Below, piece by piece: positions 20,213 to 31,174 of a stretch of DNA of 64,000 nt. The stretch is from a virus. A program made the translations under genes and the position numbers. The notes under the pieces were generated by a model. That model was not told the DNA's origin. It saw only the letters and a program-made list of their open reading frames with translations, and did not search any database. Positions within the stretch are counted from its first letter, which is position 1. Every line of letters begins with the position of its first letter. The stretch is taken from positions 7,212-71,211 of the IMG/VR virus record IMGVR_UViG_3300046804_004538; one strand, given 5' to 3'.

Positions 20213-22708
20213 TTAAGTAATAATTATCAATGTCTGTGCGGAAGCATTGCTTGTAAATGCACTTGAAACCGTCAACGATGTGTTACTGACAATTGCATTG
20301 ATTGTTCGAATCTGATTATTTATAGCGATTTGTGTGCCAATTGAAATGATACCTAGAATATTTGCTATATTGAATTTGGTACCAGTGCCAGTCACAGTAA
20401 TAGAACCGTTTGTCGTAGATACTAAACCAGAAATCGTCTGTGCGACTGATGAATCAACTGTGGCTTCTGAGTCTAAAGAACGGGAGATTGGATACTCAGC
20501 AAAGTTTCTGAAGCCAGCAGGATGAAGCAGATTCTTTAAAATGTTTGCATACTTCGAAAATTCTGTAGCAACTGAAGTTACATAGGTAAAATCAATATAG
20601 TAATCAAGACCCTCAATCTTCCTATCTAATGAAGAAAGCAGACCATCTGAACCTACCCATTTTCCTGGGAAAGAGATATACGACCTCTCAATCTGTGCAT
20701 TGGCTGTTGCAGTTCCATCACCAAAGTTTCCTAAATCAATCGTTGGAATGAACTGATAGCCTGCACCAGGATTTGTTATTTTGATTCGTGTAATTTGCCC
20801 CGAAACTCCAGAACCAGTAATTCCAAGTCTGTCACCATCACCCATCAAAGATGTTATTTGTAAGTTTGCTGCTGAACCTGTAGCAGAAGAAACTGAAACT
20901 GTTGGAAAATTATTTTGTTCGTAACCTTGGCCGCCAATCAAATAACGGTCATAAACACCCACTCTTCTTTGAGTAGTTGTTCTTGTAAAAGCAACATTCA
21001 CGTTAAGTGATGTTGATGAGAGAATCGAATTGACATATCTGGCTTCGGAGTTAATCATGATTTGGTCACCAACTGCCAGTTCATTCAAAAAATCTGTTCC
21101 TGTTCCAACAACAACCACATTACCTGCTGTAGTGTTAGCATTACCACTAATTCTTGTTGGTTGAATTTCGATTCTAGTAATTGCACCAGAAGCGTTTGTA
21201 TTTGTAACTGCTGCTGCAAATCCTCTTCCATAAGTTCCGCCAGGATTTGCACCTATCACAATCTCATCACCTATTCTATAACCAGTGCCGCCAGACACAA
21301 TATCAATTCTACCAATAGAGCCAAAAGAACCTATATCAAAAGTATTTGCATACTTAGCGCCATCAGCAATAATTGACAAATTTGATGCATTTGTTCCAGA
21401 GTAAATGATAGCAACGTTGGTCATTGGACCAATGTCAGTAATCGTTGCTTTTGAAAAAGCATCGACAAGACGAGTTGCTATATTCTCACCTGACGGAATT
21501 ACAGTTGATGGAAATCCATAGTTTGAATTTGAAAGAACTATATTTGCATATGTGTTGATGGTATCAGTAAAAAGTGTGTATGAATTGGCAGAAAGCACTC
21601 CTGATGTATCAATCGCTTGAGATGCTAATGTAATCGTACCATCATCATTGAATGCTGTTATAATGCCACCAAGTGCAAAGCCTGCGCCACCATATCCAAC
21701 AGTTGCAGCATCGGCAAAACCAACCGATACTGCATCAACAATCGCTTCAGCAGGAGTTTGTGGAGCACCACCAATAATCGTTACTGGGTCGCCAACGTTA
21801 TAACTAGTGCCGCCATTTATTATCGTAATCGAACTCAGTGTTGCAACGGTATCTGACCGTATTGTAATAAGAGTTACACCATCATCGGCAAAAACATCAG
21901 ATGTGATTGTTTCAGCGTTGAGAAATGAACCAGATAAAGTGGCTTCATCAACATATAATTCAATTGAAGTTTGTTGAGTAATTAATCTTGGTGCTGCACG
22001 TTCAACGATTGCAGTGGCACCAGAAGTCAGACCTGTAATTTTTCTGTTTGTAAATAATGTTTCATCAAAATCATTATATACAACTTTTATTTTAGCATTA
22101 CTGGTTGGTGCAGAATTAAATATTATTTTCTTAGCTTCTTTGAGAATATAAAAACCACTTGTAGTCACAACATTGTTTACATAAACTGTAACATCTGATT
22201 CAGAAACTTCTTGTGGAAGAATAAAAGTTTTTGTTGTGCCATCACCCACATAATAAGAATAAACATCGTTGTCAATTCGAACAACATTTTCTACTGTCCA
22301 CTTGCCGTCTGACGCACGAAGAATATTATCTTTAGGATATGTAATTGTAACTTCTTCACCATAAAGAAGTCTGAACAATAATTCAAATGACTTTACACTA
22401 CCTTTTGTTAAATATAAAGGTAATGCTTTTTTGATGAGAAGTGCTTTATCGGCAACAGTATCTAATGGAAATAACGGTGCATAATTATTAATAAAGTTTT
22501 TCTCAAATTGTTCTATCGAATCATCAACATCGGAGACATGGCGCAAATTTTTAGCTTGCGTAATTAAATCGTTGTTTTTTGTTCCTTGTTTTTGTTCAAG
22601 AAACTCATAGTATGCCTCAAGAAAAGCAATAAAATTGGGATACTCATCCCGAATAAATTCAGGAAGTTGACGTTTGACAAGTATCGATGTTACTAAATCT
22701 GTAGTCAT
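20213..22708 (-). CDS. gp7: Baseplate wedge initiator gp7-like
   Basis: QLPEFIR..YP.F..FL.AYYE, Y..KG...SF..LFR.L, and C-terminal LHPAG motifs; lies between gp6 and gp8. Confidence 0.75.
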   Translation of the reverse strand: MTTDLVTSILVKRQLPEFIRDEYPNFIAFLEAYYEFLEQKQGTKNNDLITQAKNLRHVSDVDDSIEQFEKNFINNYAPLFPLDTVADKALLIKKALPLYLTKGSVKSFELLFRLLYGEEVTITYPKDNILRASDGKWTVENVVRIDNDVYSYYVGDGTTKTFILPQEVSESDVTVYVNNVVTTSGFYILKEAKKIIFNSAPTSNAKIKVVYNDFDETLFTNRKITGLTSGATAIVERAAPRLITQQTSIELYVDEATLSGSFLNAETITSDVFADDGVTLITIRSDTVATLSSITIINGGTSYNVGDPVTIIGGAPQTPAEAIVDAVSVGFADAATVGYGGAGFALGGIITAFNDDGTITLASQAIDTSGVLSANSYTLFTDTINTYANIVLSNSNYGFPSTVIPSGENIATRLVDAFSKATITDIGPMTNVAIIYSGTNASNLSIIADGAKYANTFDIGSFGSIGRIDIVSGGTGYRIGDEIVIGANPGGTYGRGFAAAVTNTNASGAITRIEIQPTRISGNANTTAGNVVVVGTGTDFLNELAVGDQIMINSEARYVNSILSSTSLNVNVAFTRTTTQRRVGVYDRYLIGGQGYEQNNFPTVSVSSATGSAANLQITSLMGDGDRLGITGSGVSGQITRIKITNPGAGYQFIPTIDLGNFGDGTATANAQIERSYISFPGKWVGSDGLLSSLDRKIEGLDYYIDFTYVTSVATEFSKYANILKNLLHPAGFRNFAEYPISRSLDSEATVDSSVAQTISGLVSTTNGSITVTGTGTKFNIANILGIISIGTQIAINNQIRTINAIVSNTSLTVSSAFTSNASAQTLIIIT

Positions 22709-24771
22709 TATGTTGACATTCTTTCGAGCGTTGTTACAATAGAAGTTATGTCGGTGTCATCAATAGTAATAATTGCATTTCTTGTAGATTCAATGACACC
22801 TTCTTCCGAAACAGCAGTGAAACGAAGTAGACCATCTGTTGAAGAAACAGATAGTATTCTTAAATCATTAAGCGTAATAATACCTGTATCATAGTTAATC
22901 TCACCCACATTTTCATCAATAATTTGTCTGTTTGCACTTGCATCATAATAAATTACTCTGAGTGTGCCTACTTTAGAATCGATTACCGCTGTTGCAGCAC
23001 CACTGTAACCACCTCCACCTGTGATACTTACGGTTGCACGTGTATAATCTGTGCCACGATTTACCATACGAATTTCAGTGATTGTACCACCTTCGACAAT
23101 TGCTTCGGCAGTAGCACCAGTTCCATCACCAGAAATTGTTACAGTGGGTGTTGAAGTATATCCATAGCCAGCATTAATGATTTCAATAGAAGAAACACCA
23201 GTAAATGATTGTGGTATTTCTTCAATGATTGCAGTTCTTTCCACGCCCGTGGGATCAAAAACAGAAAATTCTGTTGTTGTCAATCTATCTGTCAATGTTC
23301 CTCTTTTGATTGGAACACCAAATGTTATAGTATAATTAGAACTTTGATTCAGTTCTGGCGTAATTCTTTTTTGTAATTTGACAGTTGTTTCTGAACCAAT
23401 AATGGCATTTGTTTCTACAGCATCAATCTGTTCTTGTACTTTTGAAAGAGCAAAAATAGCATTGAATTTGTTCAAATAAGTTTGTTTGTAGCTAACAATG
23501 GCATTTCTAATTTGTGTAGAAAGCTGTGTTTCTGTAAGTGTAGTTTTTTTCGAATCATATTTAACTTGGTTATTAAGTATGACATACAGAAACTCGGGGT
23601 CTCTAATCTCAGCACTTACAGAAATAACTGATTTTGGTCCAATAATTTCGCTTATAATTCTTTGTTTCTCAGCCTCACTTATATAATAATTATCTCTAGG
23701 CTTGAGAGAAATAAAAACTTTACCATATACTCTTGGAATTTCATCTTCACCACCCCAAACAGACAATGAATCGATTGATGGATAATTTTTCTTAATATAC
23801 GACTCGTAATCTTTTACGGTAACAAGACGATTCTGTGTTGTATATTGAAGAGGTGCTGAAAACTTTACCTCATCTACACTCTCTCGTTCTGCGCCACCTG
23901 AGGCTGCACTTATAGGAGTAATTGTAAAGTTTGTTTGATTTTGGTTTTCGGAATCAAACAAAGTATCCGTTGCAATAAAGTTATTGGCTTTGTTTGCTAA
24001 AGTTCCATTGGTTGTCAAATAAGTTATACCAATAACAGAACCATTTGTTAATGATTTACCAATGATATTGTCACCAAAGTAAATGGCATACTTTTGGCCA
24101 CGATTTTCTTGTAAGTAAAAAACTGAAGAGTTTGCCGTCGTTTCGGATGCATCAGACGCTATTGTATATGTTTCAAAATCTGTATTTGAAATAGATTGAC
24201 GAACAGTTACAGATAACGTAGAGGTATCAACATTTGTATCAGGTAAAATGAAAACCTGTTTTGGATTAGTAGATTGGTCATACGTATAAGAATAAGTTAC
24301 TAGCTGACCCTCATATATTGGTAAATTTAAAAAACTAAAATCTGTATTAGATTTTGTTACTGTTGTCTCAGACAAAGTTACAAAGTTATAACTGACGCCA
24401 TCGATTTCATTTGAAAGAAAAGCAAAACCTTTAGGTATTGTCAAAGTTGTTTTATCATCTACATTTGTATTAACTGTAAAGTTAATTAAAGCCCTTGGTG
24501 CCTTTCTTGAGTATGGAATATAGCCTAAAGTTTTTGCATGAGAAATAACAGAGTCACGCAAAAGAGCTGTATCCATGAACGCTTCGTTTGCCACCATATT
24601 CAAATAGTATGCTTGATAATGCGTATTATACGCTAAAATATCCAACAAAACAGATAAGCCAGAACCATCAAAATCATAATCTGTAAACTCAGATTGTGAC
24701 TTTAGAAATGTTTTTAAGTTTTGCTTGATTTGGTCAAAATCAAGTTCAGTAACTCTTAGGGAATCAGTCAT
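22708..24771 (-). CDS. gp6: Baseplate wedge subunit gp6
   Basis: ELDFD.IK.NL..FL..Q.EFTDYDF.GS.LS.LLD.LAYNTHY, Q.R.VT..DY and WGGE...P.YGKVFIS.KP motifs. Confidence 0.95.
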   Translation of the reverse strand: MTDSLRVTELDFDQIKQNLKTFLKSQSEFTDYDFDGSGLSVLLDILAYNTHYQAYYLNMVANEAFMDTALLRDSVISHAKTLGYIPYSRKAPRALINFTVNTNVDDKTTLTIPKGFAFLSNEIDGVSYNFVTLSETTVTKSNTDFSFLNLPIYEGQLVTYSYTYDQSTNPKQVFILPDTNVDTSTLSVTVRQSISNTDFETYTIASDASETTANSSVFYLQENRGQKYAIYFGDNIIGKSLTNGSVIGITYLTTNGTLANKANNFIATDTLFDSENQNQTNFTITPISAASGGAERESVDEVKFSAPLQYTTQNRLVTVKDYESYIKKNYPSIDSLSVWGGEDEIPRVYGKVFISLKPRDNYYISEAEKQRIISEIIGPKSVISVSAEIRDPEFLYVILNNQVKYDSKKTTLTETQLSTQIRNAIVSYKQTYLNKFNAIFALSKVQEQIDAVETNAIIGSETTVKLQKRITPELNQSSNYTITFGVPIKRGTLTDRLTTTEFSVFDPTGVERTAIIEEIPQSFTGVSSIEIINAGYGYTSTPTVTISGDGTGATAEAIVEGGTITEIRMVNRGTDYTRATVSITGGGGYSGAATAVIDSKVGTLRVIYYDASANRQIIDENVGEINYDTGIITLNDLRILSVSSTDGLLRFTAVSEEGVIESTRNAIITIDDTDITSIVTTLERMST

Positions 24772-24772
24772 T

Positions 24773-25195
24773 TTATCTTATGCGTTCTAAGAAAAAGTTA
24801 ATTGTGATTGGATTTGGTAAATTAACAATAAAGAAAGTTAATGTTACTCTGTATCCATTTTCATCGGGAGCAGGTATTGCTACAATAGATTCTATACCAA
24901 CTCTTGGTTCATAATTGTTAATTACATCAGCCAAACGTCTTTCTATTGCAGCACCAAAAACAGAGTCTACAGGTTCAAACAATAATCTGCGAATATCGGA
25001 ACCCAAGTCAGGTTGAAATGGTCTTTCATAAAAATTAGTTGAAACCAGATTTTTTAATGAGTTTGTGATTGCTTTTTCATTAAAATGTTTAGCAATATCT
25101 TTCTTCACTGGATGAATAGTGAAGTTTAAATCCAAATCTCTATACGTTCTTTCTGTTTGGATTGTTGGTATATTTGATGTTATTGTAGTTGCCAT
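24773..25195 (-). CDS. gp25: Baseplate wedge subunit gp25
   Basis: Y.DLDL.F..HP, ERPF.P..G and YEPRV motifs. Confidence 0.95.
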   Translation of the reverse strand: MATTITSNIPTIQTERTYRDLDLNFTIHPVKKDIAKHFNEKAITNSLKNLVSTNFYERPFQPDLGSDIRRLLFEPVDSVFGAAIERRLADVINNYEPRVGIESIVAIPAPDENGYRVTLTFFIVNLPNPITINFFLERIR

Positions 25196-25206
25196 CTTTT
25201 ATTTAT

Positions 25207-26139
25207 TCAGTCTCCAATGAATACCGTACCCGAACCAGTCTGAATTGTTCCAGTGTCGGGTCCATTTGTTTCAGTGTCATTATCTCTTGTGGTATCACCG
25301 ATTCTGGCGGCTCCATTGTTGCCATCATTGAGATTGATTGTTTTACCATTTATTCTTATATCACCAGTAACGTTTAAATCGTAGTCTCCATCAACATATA
25401 TTTTTACATCACCTTTGATGTAAACTTCTTCATCTCCAACTACAACAGTGTACTTGTTTCTTTGTATTCTCTCTGCTCTGTCACCTTCTGGACCCCATTC
25501 AATATAAGAACCTGAACGGTGATATACATGCACTCGTTCCGAACCTTTCGTGTCATCAAACTCTAGTGCATGACCTGATTCTGATTCATACACATTATTA
25601 TATGGATACTTTGCGTTATAATATGAATTAGGTTCAACCTTACTTGCCTTCTTTGACTTCTTTGCTGCTACAATTTCTGATGGATAGTCAGAATCATTTC
25701 GTGCAAGTCTTGATGTTGTCGGTTCATCTAACTTACGTGGATAATTTGTTGCAGATTCATAAGGCTTCACTGGCGCAGCAGAAAGTTGCTCTGGGGTTCG
25801 GGCATCATTGAAGCCTTGTTGATTGTTTCCTTGATTTAATGGTATACCAGGAAGAACACCTAATATCACAGGTTCTTGTGCATTTTCACCATCAACGAAG
25901 AAACCAAATACCATATTACCTTCACGTGGTGGATATGGGTTATTATTGTTTGTTGGTAATGCTGATTGAGCCCAAGGCAATAAATCTGTAGGTAACAATT
26001 GCTTATTATCTGTATGCCAACCAACACAACGAACTTTGCAACGACCTAGTTTCAAAGGGTCGTTAATCATCTCAACAACACCCACCCACCAGATGAAGCC
26101 GTTTCGACCAGCAAAATCTTTATAGTCAGTAGCTTCCAT
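25207..26139 (-). CDS. gp5: Baseplate hub/spike gp5-like (OB-fold plus short beta-helix, no lysozyme domain)
   Basis: F.WW.GVVE...DP.KLGR..VR..G.H, LPWA, V.GFF.DG...Q.P and YPYN.V.E.ESGH..E.DDT...ER....HRSG motifs. Confidence 0.9.
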   Translation of the reverse strand: MEATDYKDFAGRNGFIWWVGVVEMINDPLKLGRCKVRCVGWHTDNKQLLPTDLLPWAQSALPTNNNNPYPPREGNMVFGFFVDGENAQEPVILGVLPGIPLNQGNNQQGFNDARTPEQLSAAPVKPYESATNYPRKLDEPTTSRLARNDSDYPSEIVAAKKSKKASKVEPNSYYNAKYPYNNVYESESGHALEFDDTKGSERVHVYHRSGSYIEWGPEGDRAERIQRNKYTVVVGDEEVYIKGDVKIYVDGDYDLNVTGDIRINGKTINLNDGNNGAARIGDTTRDNDTETNGPDTGTIQTGSGTVFIGD

Positions 26140-27472
26140 AATTTTCTAAAGCCTTGTTTTGTTCTGGAGCACTTTGCGGTATGAAATCAATTTCATTTGA
26201 AGTTGTAGCAAGTTCTAGAACAGTCTCATGAATGTCAAACTTGATTATATGTCTTGTTGCAATAATTAAATACTTACCACTCAATGAACGATCCTCATTT
26301 TCTGAAGCAGTTTCTTTTTTAGAAAAATCGGGTACACGAACATTCAAATTAAAACCAGAGGTCAATTGAAAATTGCCAGGCATTATCAACTTAATTTTTT
26401 TATTCATCAAGTTTGAAAATATTGCTTTTCGTGTAAAAACAAAATCTTCCGTAGCTTCGATTTTTGATATTGATGTTGGGTCGTATTTTTTAATGTAATT
26501 ACTATTCTTTTTATTTGCACCAAAAATGCTCAAAGATTTTCTCGAATCAAACGCTTCTGTTGATTGCATACCACCTCGGTTTTTCATCTCTGAAAAGTTG
26601 GCAGTATCATTACCATGAGTCATGGCTTTATAGTGGTCATCAAAGCCGATTCTTTTATTTTGTATTGTTCTGGTGATAGGGTCAAAACCAATAAACGTTC
26701 CTGCTGCAACACCATCTTTTGTTGTTTTAAGTTTATCAGACTGATTTACAACTTCAAAATGTTTTGGACTCAGAAGCTCTTGCGCTACATTTGTTTCTTC
26801 AATATTTTTGACTGGAAACTTTATTTTAAAAAGGTAATCAGCAGATAACAAAGAAGAAAGAGAAACAAAGTTATAACCTAAATTGTTTTCAAAGAAAACA
26901 TAGTTGGGCGACCTTTTCTGGTCAATAGAACGTTTAGCACACCATTCAATTGCATCCAAAGGTTTTAGATTCGGTATTACAATATCACGAACACCTGTTG
27001 TTGGTTCAAATATACCTTTAAGTTTTTGTTCAGGTACTTTAAGATAATTTGTCAGAATTTTCTTAACAGTTTCACCATAAGTATTTTGATATGACTGATT
27101 TATTCTTAACTGTTCTGAAAGCATAAACTCATCAGAAACAAATTCTAGGGTATAAATTTCGGAGTTTTGTTGGAGTGTGGCACGATTTGATTGGCGGTAA
27201 ATTCTAAACGCTTTTTTTAATCGAAAAGAATCTGAGTCAGTATCTTTGCCTATGTTTACCAACAGAACTTCTGAACCATCAAACAATAGTTTAGCTGAAA
27301 GACCAATTGAATCTACAATGACAACTGCACCAGAAATAACAGGCGATAACAAAGAATCAAATATGTTGATTTCTTGAAAAAGTTTAGTTATATCAAGTTT
27401 ACCGTTTTTTGTAACAATCGCAAGCTCATTAATACTAAACTTCGATGGTGTTTCAGGGAGACTAACACTCAT
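26126..27472 (-). CDS. Baseplate hub protein (gp27-like)
   Basis: Lies between gp53 and gp5; IPN.KP..AI.W, Y.FFE...G..F and SGKYLI...RH motifs of phage hub proteins. Confidence 0.6.
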   Translation of the reverse strand: MSVSLPETPSKFSINELAIVTKNGKLDITKLFQEINIFDSLLSPVISGAVVIVDSIGLSAKLLFDGSEVLLVNIGKDTDSDSFRLKKAFRIYRQSNRATLQQNSEIYTLEFVSDEFMLSEQLRINQSYQNTYGETVKKILTNYLKVPEQKLKGIFEPTTGVRDIVIPNLKPLDAIEWCAKRSIDQKRSPNYVFFENNLGYNFVSLSSLLSADYLFKIKFPVKNIEETNVAQELLSPKHFEVVNQSDKLKTTKDGVAAGTFIGFDPITRTIQNKRIGFDDHYKAMTHGNDTANFSEMKNRGGMQSTEAFDSRKSLSIFGANKKNSNYIKKYDPTSISKIEATEDFVFTRKAIFSNLMNKKIKLIMPGNFQLTSGFNLNVRVPDFSKKETASENEDRSLSGKYLIIATRHIIKFDIHETVLELATTSNEIDFIPQSAPEQNKALENYGSY

Positions 27473-27474
27473 TA

Positions 27475-28137
27475 TTATTCTCTAGAATTTATAACACGTT
27501 TAAATTCATCCATCAATCCAGCTTGTGTGGCAAATTCAGAACGTAATATTTTTATTGTACGCTTAGATTCATTGACAGCAATTTCATAATCATAATAAGT
27601 TTCAGTTTCTTTTGAAATTGTTTGAGTTATCTGAGTGCCGCTATTCAAGGTGTAAGTGGTAGAAGTTTGAATTACATTTGCATAAGCAGAAGAATCAATT
27701 TCAATCTTTTCTTTTATGGTGTCTCTATTAGGATTATTAGTAACACGTGTAACTGTTTTATAGTATGATTTTATATTTGCTTGTGACCAAACAATCCCCG
27801 TTTGTGGAGTTGTATTTGCTGCTCCATTTGCAGAATACTTATTGTTTATATAAGTTATTACGGTTCTTTGGTCAAGCGGCCAGTCGTATTGTGTATCAAT
27901 AATATCATTAAACAATAAAACTATCCAATGCTTCTCAGGTGAGCCATAATATTTGTTTGCAATCATTTCCGGTGTATCACCATCTTGTATATCATATGGA
28001 TAATAAATGTTTGTATTATCTTTTAATTCTTTTTCAAAACCAAAACGTGCAATAATATTACTGACTATATCAGCAGCATTTCTTTCGTCGGAAAGGCTGT
28101 ATAGTGTTTTAGGAAAATAGTTAAAATACTTTGACAT
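27475..28137 (-). CDS. gp53: Baseplate wedge subunit gp53
   Basis: YF..FP...Y, Y.I.DG.TPE.IA...YG....HW..LL.N.I.D...DWP and Y.YE...NE.KR.IK motifs. Confidence 0.9.
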   Translation of the reverse strand: MSKYFNYFPKTLYSLSDERNAADIVSNIIARFGFEKELKDNTNIYYPYDIQDGDTPEMIANKYYGSPEKHWIVLLFNDIIDTQYDWPLDQRTVITYINNKYSANGAANTTPQTGIVWSQANIKSYYKTVTRVTNNPNRDTIKEKIEIDSSAYANVIQTSTTYTLNSGTQITQTISKETETYYDYEIAVNESKRTIKILRSEFATQAGLMDEFKRVINSRE

Positions 28138-28140
28138 TTT

Positions 28141-29370
28141 TTATTTTTTGAATGCTTGATAGACATCAATCGCTTTATTGCCAATCGATTCTGTACCTTT
28201 ATAACCACCTTGACCACGTACCATACTTTTCTTCGTAAGAATAACAGTTTCTTTGAACTCCAGTGTCAATTGAATAGCGGTTGGCATACCAGTTCTACCC
28301 AAACGTGGGTCATTTTCACCAAACATCTCATAGGCAGACCAGCCGTTTGGTGCATAGTTCACAGAAATATTTTGTAGTACGCAACGACCAATAGCAGGCA
28401 AGTTAGGATTAGGACGACCGCCATAATAAAAACTTAATTCAAATTCTGAAGGAGGTATCAAAAGAAGTCCAGCAGAACCACCATCTAGTTCCGGTGCTTG
28501 ATGAAATCTCAATCTTTCTAAAATGTTCTGAACTTCTAAAGCCTCTTTTTCGTCACGTGGATAAAACATAAACTCAAATGTAAACTGTCTAAACGCAGGT
28601 GAAGAATAGAGCAGCTCAAGCATAGGGTTATTGACACCACCTAATGTTAAGAAAGCAGCCGCTTTTGCTGAACTTTGGCCTACGACATTACCTAACTTTT
28701 CAAATCCTTTTTGTATTGCTGCTGTTGCCACTGGACCTTTTAGACCTTCAATACCAGCAGACTTTGCATCAGCACCACTCTCAAGTGCTTGTAAAATGGA
28801 TTGACCAGCTTTGGCAACTTTACCACCCAATTCATTACCAAGTGCAGCATCTTCATATGATTGTTGAAAAGTATATTGAAGCGTGTCGGGCATGTAAAGC
28901 ACAACTGTATCATTTGTGAGTTCAGTAGTTCTAATTAAAGATTCATTTTCAATGCTCTGAACACTGTTAATGTAAGTATCTTGGTCAACATAAACTTGTG
29001 CTTGTTGCTTTTGTGGACCACCAAAATTAGTTGCTATGCTTTTACCAAACAAGGTTTTACCGCTTGTAAAATTGTTTACAGCATTGTCTATCGCACTGTT
29101 AATTTTTTGAGAGAATGACGGGCTTCTACTAATCTGTTCTTCTGGTTGAAATCTTGCAATTTGGTTTAAACTATTTTGCTGAACTCCGGTGTACTGTGAG
29201 TTTTTTTGCTTGAAGATATTGATGACCATGTAATGCGCTTTGTCATAGTTTCCAATATCTAACGGATATCTAAATGTGTTAGTCCTATTTCCCTCAAACA
29301 AAGGAGCCAATGGTCCTCTTCTTTGATCCTCTTGTGAAATGGTGATGTCTGAGAGTCCGAAAAATGCCAT
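28141..29370 (-). CDS. gp48: Baseplate tail-tube cap gp48
   Basis: YPLD, LYMP, NP..E.L...P.FR.F.F.F.F.P, CVL..I.V.Y.P.G and L.L.F.E motifs. Confidence 0.85.
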   Translation of the reverse strand: MAFFGLSDITISQEDQRRGPLAPLFEGNRTNTFRYPLDIGNYDKAHYMVINIFKQKNSQYTGVQQNSLNQIARFQPEEQISRSPSFSQKINSAIDNAVNNFTSGKTLFGKSIATNFGGPQKQQAQVYVDQDTYINSVQSIENESLIRTTELTNDTVVLYMPDTLQYTFQQSYEDAALGNELGGKVAKAGQSILQALESGADAKSAGIEGLKGPVATAAIQKGFEKLGNVVGQSSAKAAAFLTLGGVNNPMLELLYSSPAFRQFTFEFMFYPRDEKEALEVQNILERLRFHQAPELDGGSAGLLLIPPSEFELSFYYGGRPNPNLPAIGRCVLQNISVNYAPNGWSAYEMFGENDPRLGRTGMPTAIQLTLEFKETVILTKKSMVRGQGGYKGTESIGNKAIDVYQAFKK

Positions 29371-29404
29371 AAGATGATTCCTGTTAGTTGACTAGATAGT
29401 ATTT

Positions 29405-29836
29405 ATGCCAAACAAAGGAAGATTTAGACCGAAAAACCCGCAGAAATACAAAGGTGATGCTACCAATATCATCTACAGGTCTACGTGGGAAATAAAGGTA
29501 ATGAGATATTTAGATGAGAATCCGAACATCATTTGGTGGGGTTCGGAAGAGTTACCTATACCTTATTACAGTCCAATTGACAAAAGAAAGCATCGTTACT
29601 TTCCAGACTTCATTGCCAAAATTCGTAAAAATGATGGTAAAGTGATGACTTATATTATTGAAGTCAAACCAGAAAAGCAGACAAAGCCTCCCACACAGAA
29701 ACGCAAAACAAAGACTTTTATTCAAGAAGCCATGACATATGAAGTCAACAAAGCCAAGTGGCACGCTGCCGAAGAGTTCTGCAAAGACCACGGCTGGCAG
29801 TTTCTTGTTCTGACAGAGAAACATCTAGGCATCTAA
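29405..29836 (+). CDS. gp4: Head completion nuclease gp4
   Basis: P.NP.KY.GD...I.YRS.WE, W.SEE..IPY.SP.D...HRYFPDF, IEVKP..QT and N.AKW.AA motifs. Confidence 0.92.
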   Translation: MPNKGRFRPKNPQKYKGDATNIIYRSTWEIKVMRYLDENPNIIWWGSEELPIPYYSPIDKRKHRYFPDFIAKIRKNDGKVMTYIIEVKPEKQTKPPTQKRKTKTFIQEAMTYEVNKAKWHAAEEFCKDHGWQFLVLTEKHLGI

Positions 29837-29848
29837 GATAAATACTCG

Positions 29849-30433
29849 ATGGCTAAGAAATTAATAGACAGAGTTAAAGAGTCGCTGGCAAAGTCTGGTT
29901 ATGAACCACGCACACGTGAAGCTCGTAAATGGCTAAGAACAAAGATACCAAGTCTTAGACCAACAAAGGGTGAACTGATGCGTGACCGCATGAGACTCCG
30001 AGACAAGTCTTTTATTGGCCGTATGTATTTTTATTATTATGATCCTAAGACAAAGGACACGCTGCCATATTACGACAAGTTCCCATTGGTCATACCAATA
30101 GAACGATACTCAGACGGTTTTCTAGGGTTAAATTTACATTACATACACCCAAAGCAGCGTATAGTCCTATTAGATAAACTTAGTGTCATATTAAACAATC
30201 ATGATTATGATGAGACAACAAGGCTAAGAATCAGTTATGATTTTCTTGCAAGAGCAACGAAAGTTTTCTTTCAAGCAAAGCCTTGCATAAAACGATATTT
30301 GTTTAGCCACATACAATCTCGTTTTTTGGAAATTACAGCAGATGAGTGGGATATCGCCGTCATGTTACCAGTAGAGTCATTTGCTAAAGCAAGCGCAAGT
30401 AAAGTCTGGTCAGAATCAGAGGATAAATTTTAA
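29849..30433 (+). CDS. gp2: DNA end protector gp2
   Basis: G.MY...YDPK.K..LPYYD.FPL, GF.GLNLHY and KPC.K.YL motifs; preceded by GATAAATA. Confidence 0.92.
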   Translation: MAKKLIDRVKESLAKSGYEPRTREARKWLRTKIPSLRPTKGELMRDRMRLRDKSFIGRMYFYYYDPKTKDTLPYYDKFPLVIPIERYSDGFLGLNLHYIHPKQRIVLLDKLSVILNNHDYDETTRLRISYDFLARATKVFFQAKPCIKRYLFSHIQSRFLEITADEWDIAVMLPVESFAKASASKVWSESEDKF

Positions 30434-31161
30434 TGTCGTTTTCACCTAATCTATTTTTATCACACATCAGAAGCAAAGATGGCTTGGCTCGTCCTTGCCG
30501 CTTTGAAGTTATCTTACCTATTCCTGCATACATTGGACAAGCAATAGGTAATTCATTTCTAGAAAAAGTTTTGAATTTTCCAAACTCTATTTTTTCGGAT
30601 GTGTCTGATGCTATCAATTCTTCATTAGGATTTCAAAACGAAGGTACAAGAAGTTCAAACCCAACCATTTCAAGATATCTTGCGCTTCAATGTGAAACTG
30701 CTGAATTACCAGGTAGAACATTAGAAACAGCAGATGCTAGAATTTATGGTCCTTCTTTTAAAGTACCATATCGTATGCAGTACACAGATACAAATTTAAC
30801 TTTTCTGTGTACAAATGATTTCTATGAGCGTAAATTGTTTGAACGTTGGATGGATGCCATCATTCCACCAGACACAAACAATGTAAGATATCCAAAAAGT
30901 AATGCAACACGTTATCTAACAAATATTCGCATTGTACAATATGATGATGTTGTTCGCCAAATTTATGCAGTCGAATTGATTGATGCTTTTCCCGTTGGCA
31001 TAGCACCTCAACCACTTACTTGGTCTGATGAAGGCTTTCATCGATTATCTGTTTCATTTGCATATCAACGTTACCGTACTATCTTTGAAGGTCAATATGA
31101 TATTGGACAAACATTGACTTCACTTGGAGGCGCAGCAGCCGCAAGAATATTTTCATTTTAA
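30433..31161 (+). CDS. Tail-tube-fold protein (gp19/gp54-like initiator)
   Basis: GLARP.RF.V, CE.AELPG, FE.W...I and L.DAFP......L.W motifs. Confidence 0.75.
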   Translation: MSFSPNLFLSHIRSKDGLARPCRFEVILPIPAYIGQAIGNSFLEKVLNFPNSIFSDVSDAINSSLGFQNEGTRSSNPTISRYLALQCETAELPGRTLETADARIYGPSFKVPYRMQYTDTNLTFLCTNDFYERKLFERWMDAIIPPDTNNVRYPKSNATRYLTNIRIVQYDDVVRQIYAVELIDAFPVGIAPQPLTWSDEGFHRLSVSFAYQRYRTIFEGQYDIGQTLTSLGGAAAARIFSF

Positions 31162-31174
31162 TTGAGAGGAAATT

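Noticed and set aside
29405-29836. TnsA-like transposase or homing endonuclease
   Set aside because: Motifs and position match T4 gp4 head-completion protein; no element ends are visible.
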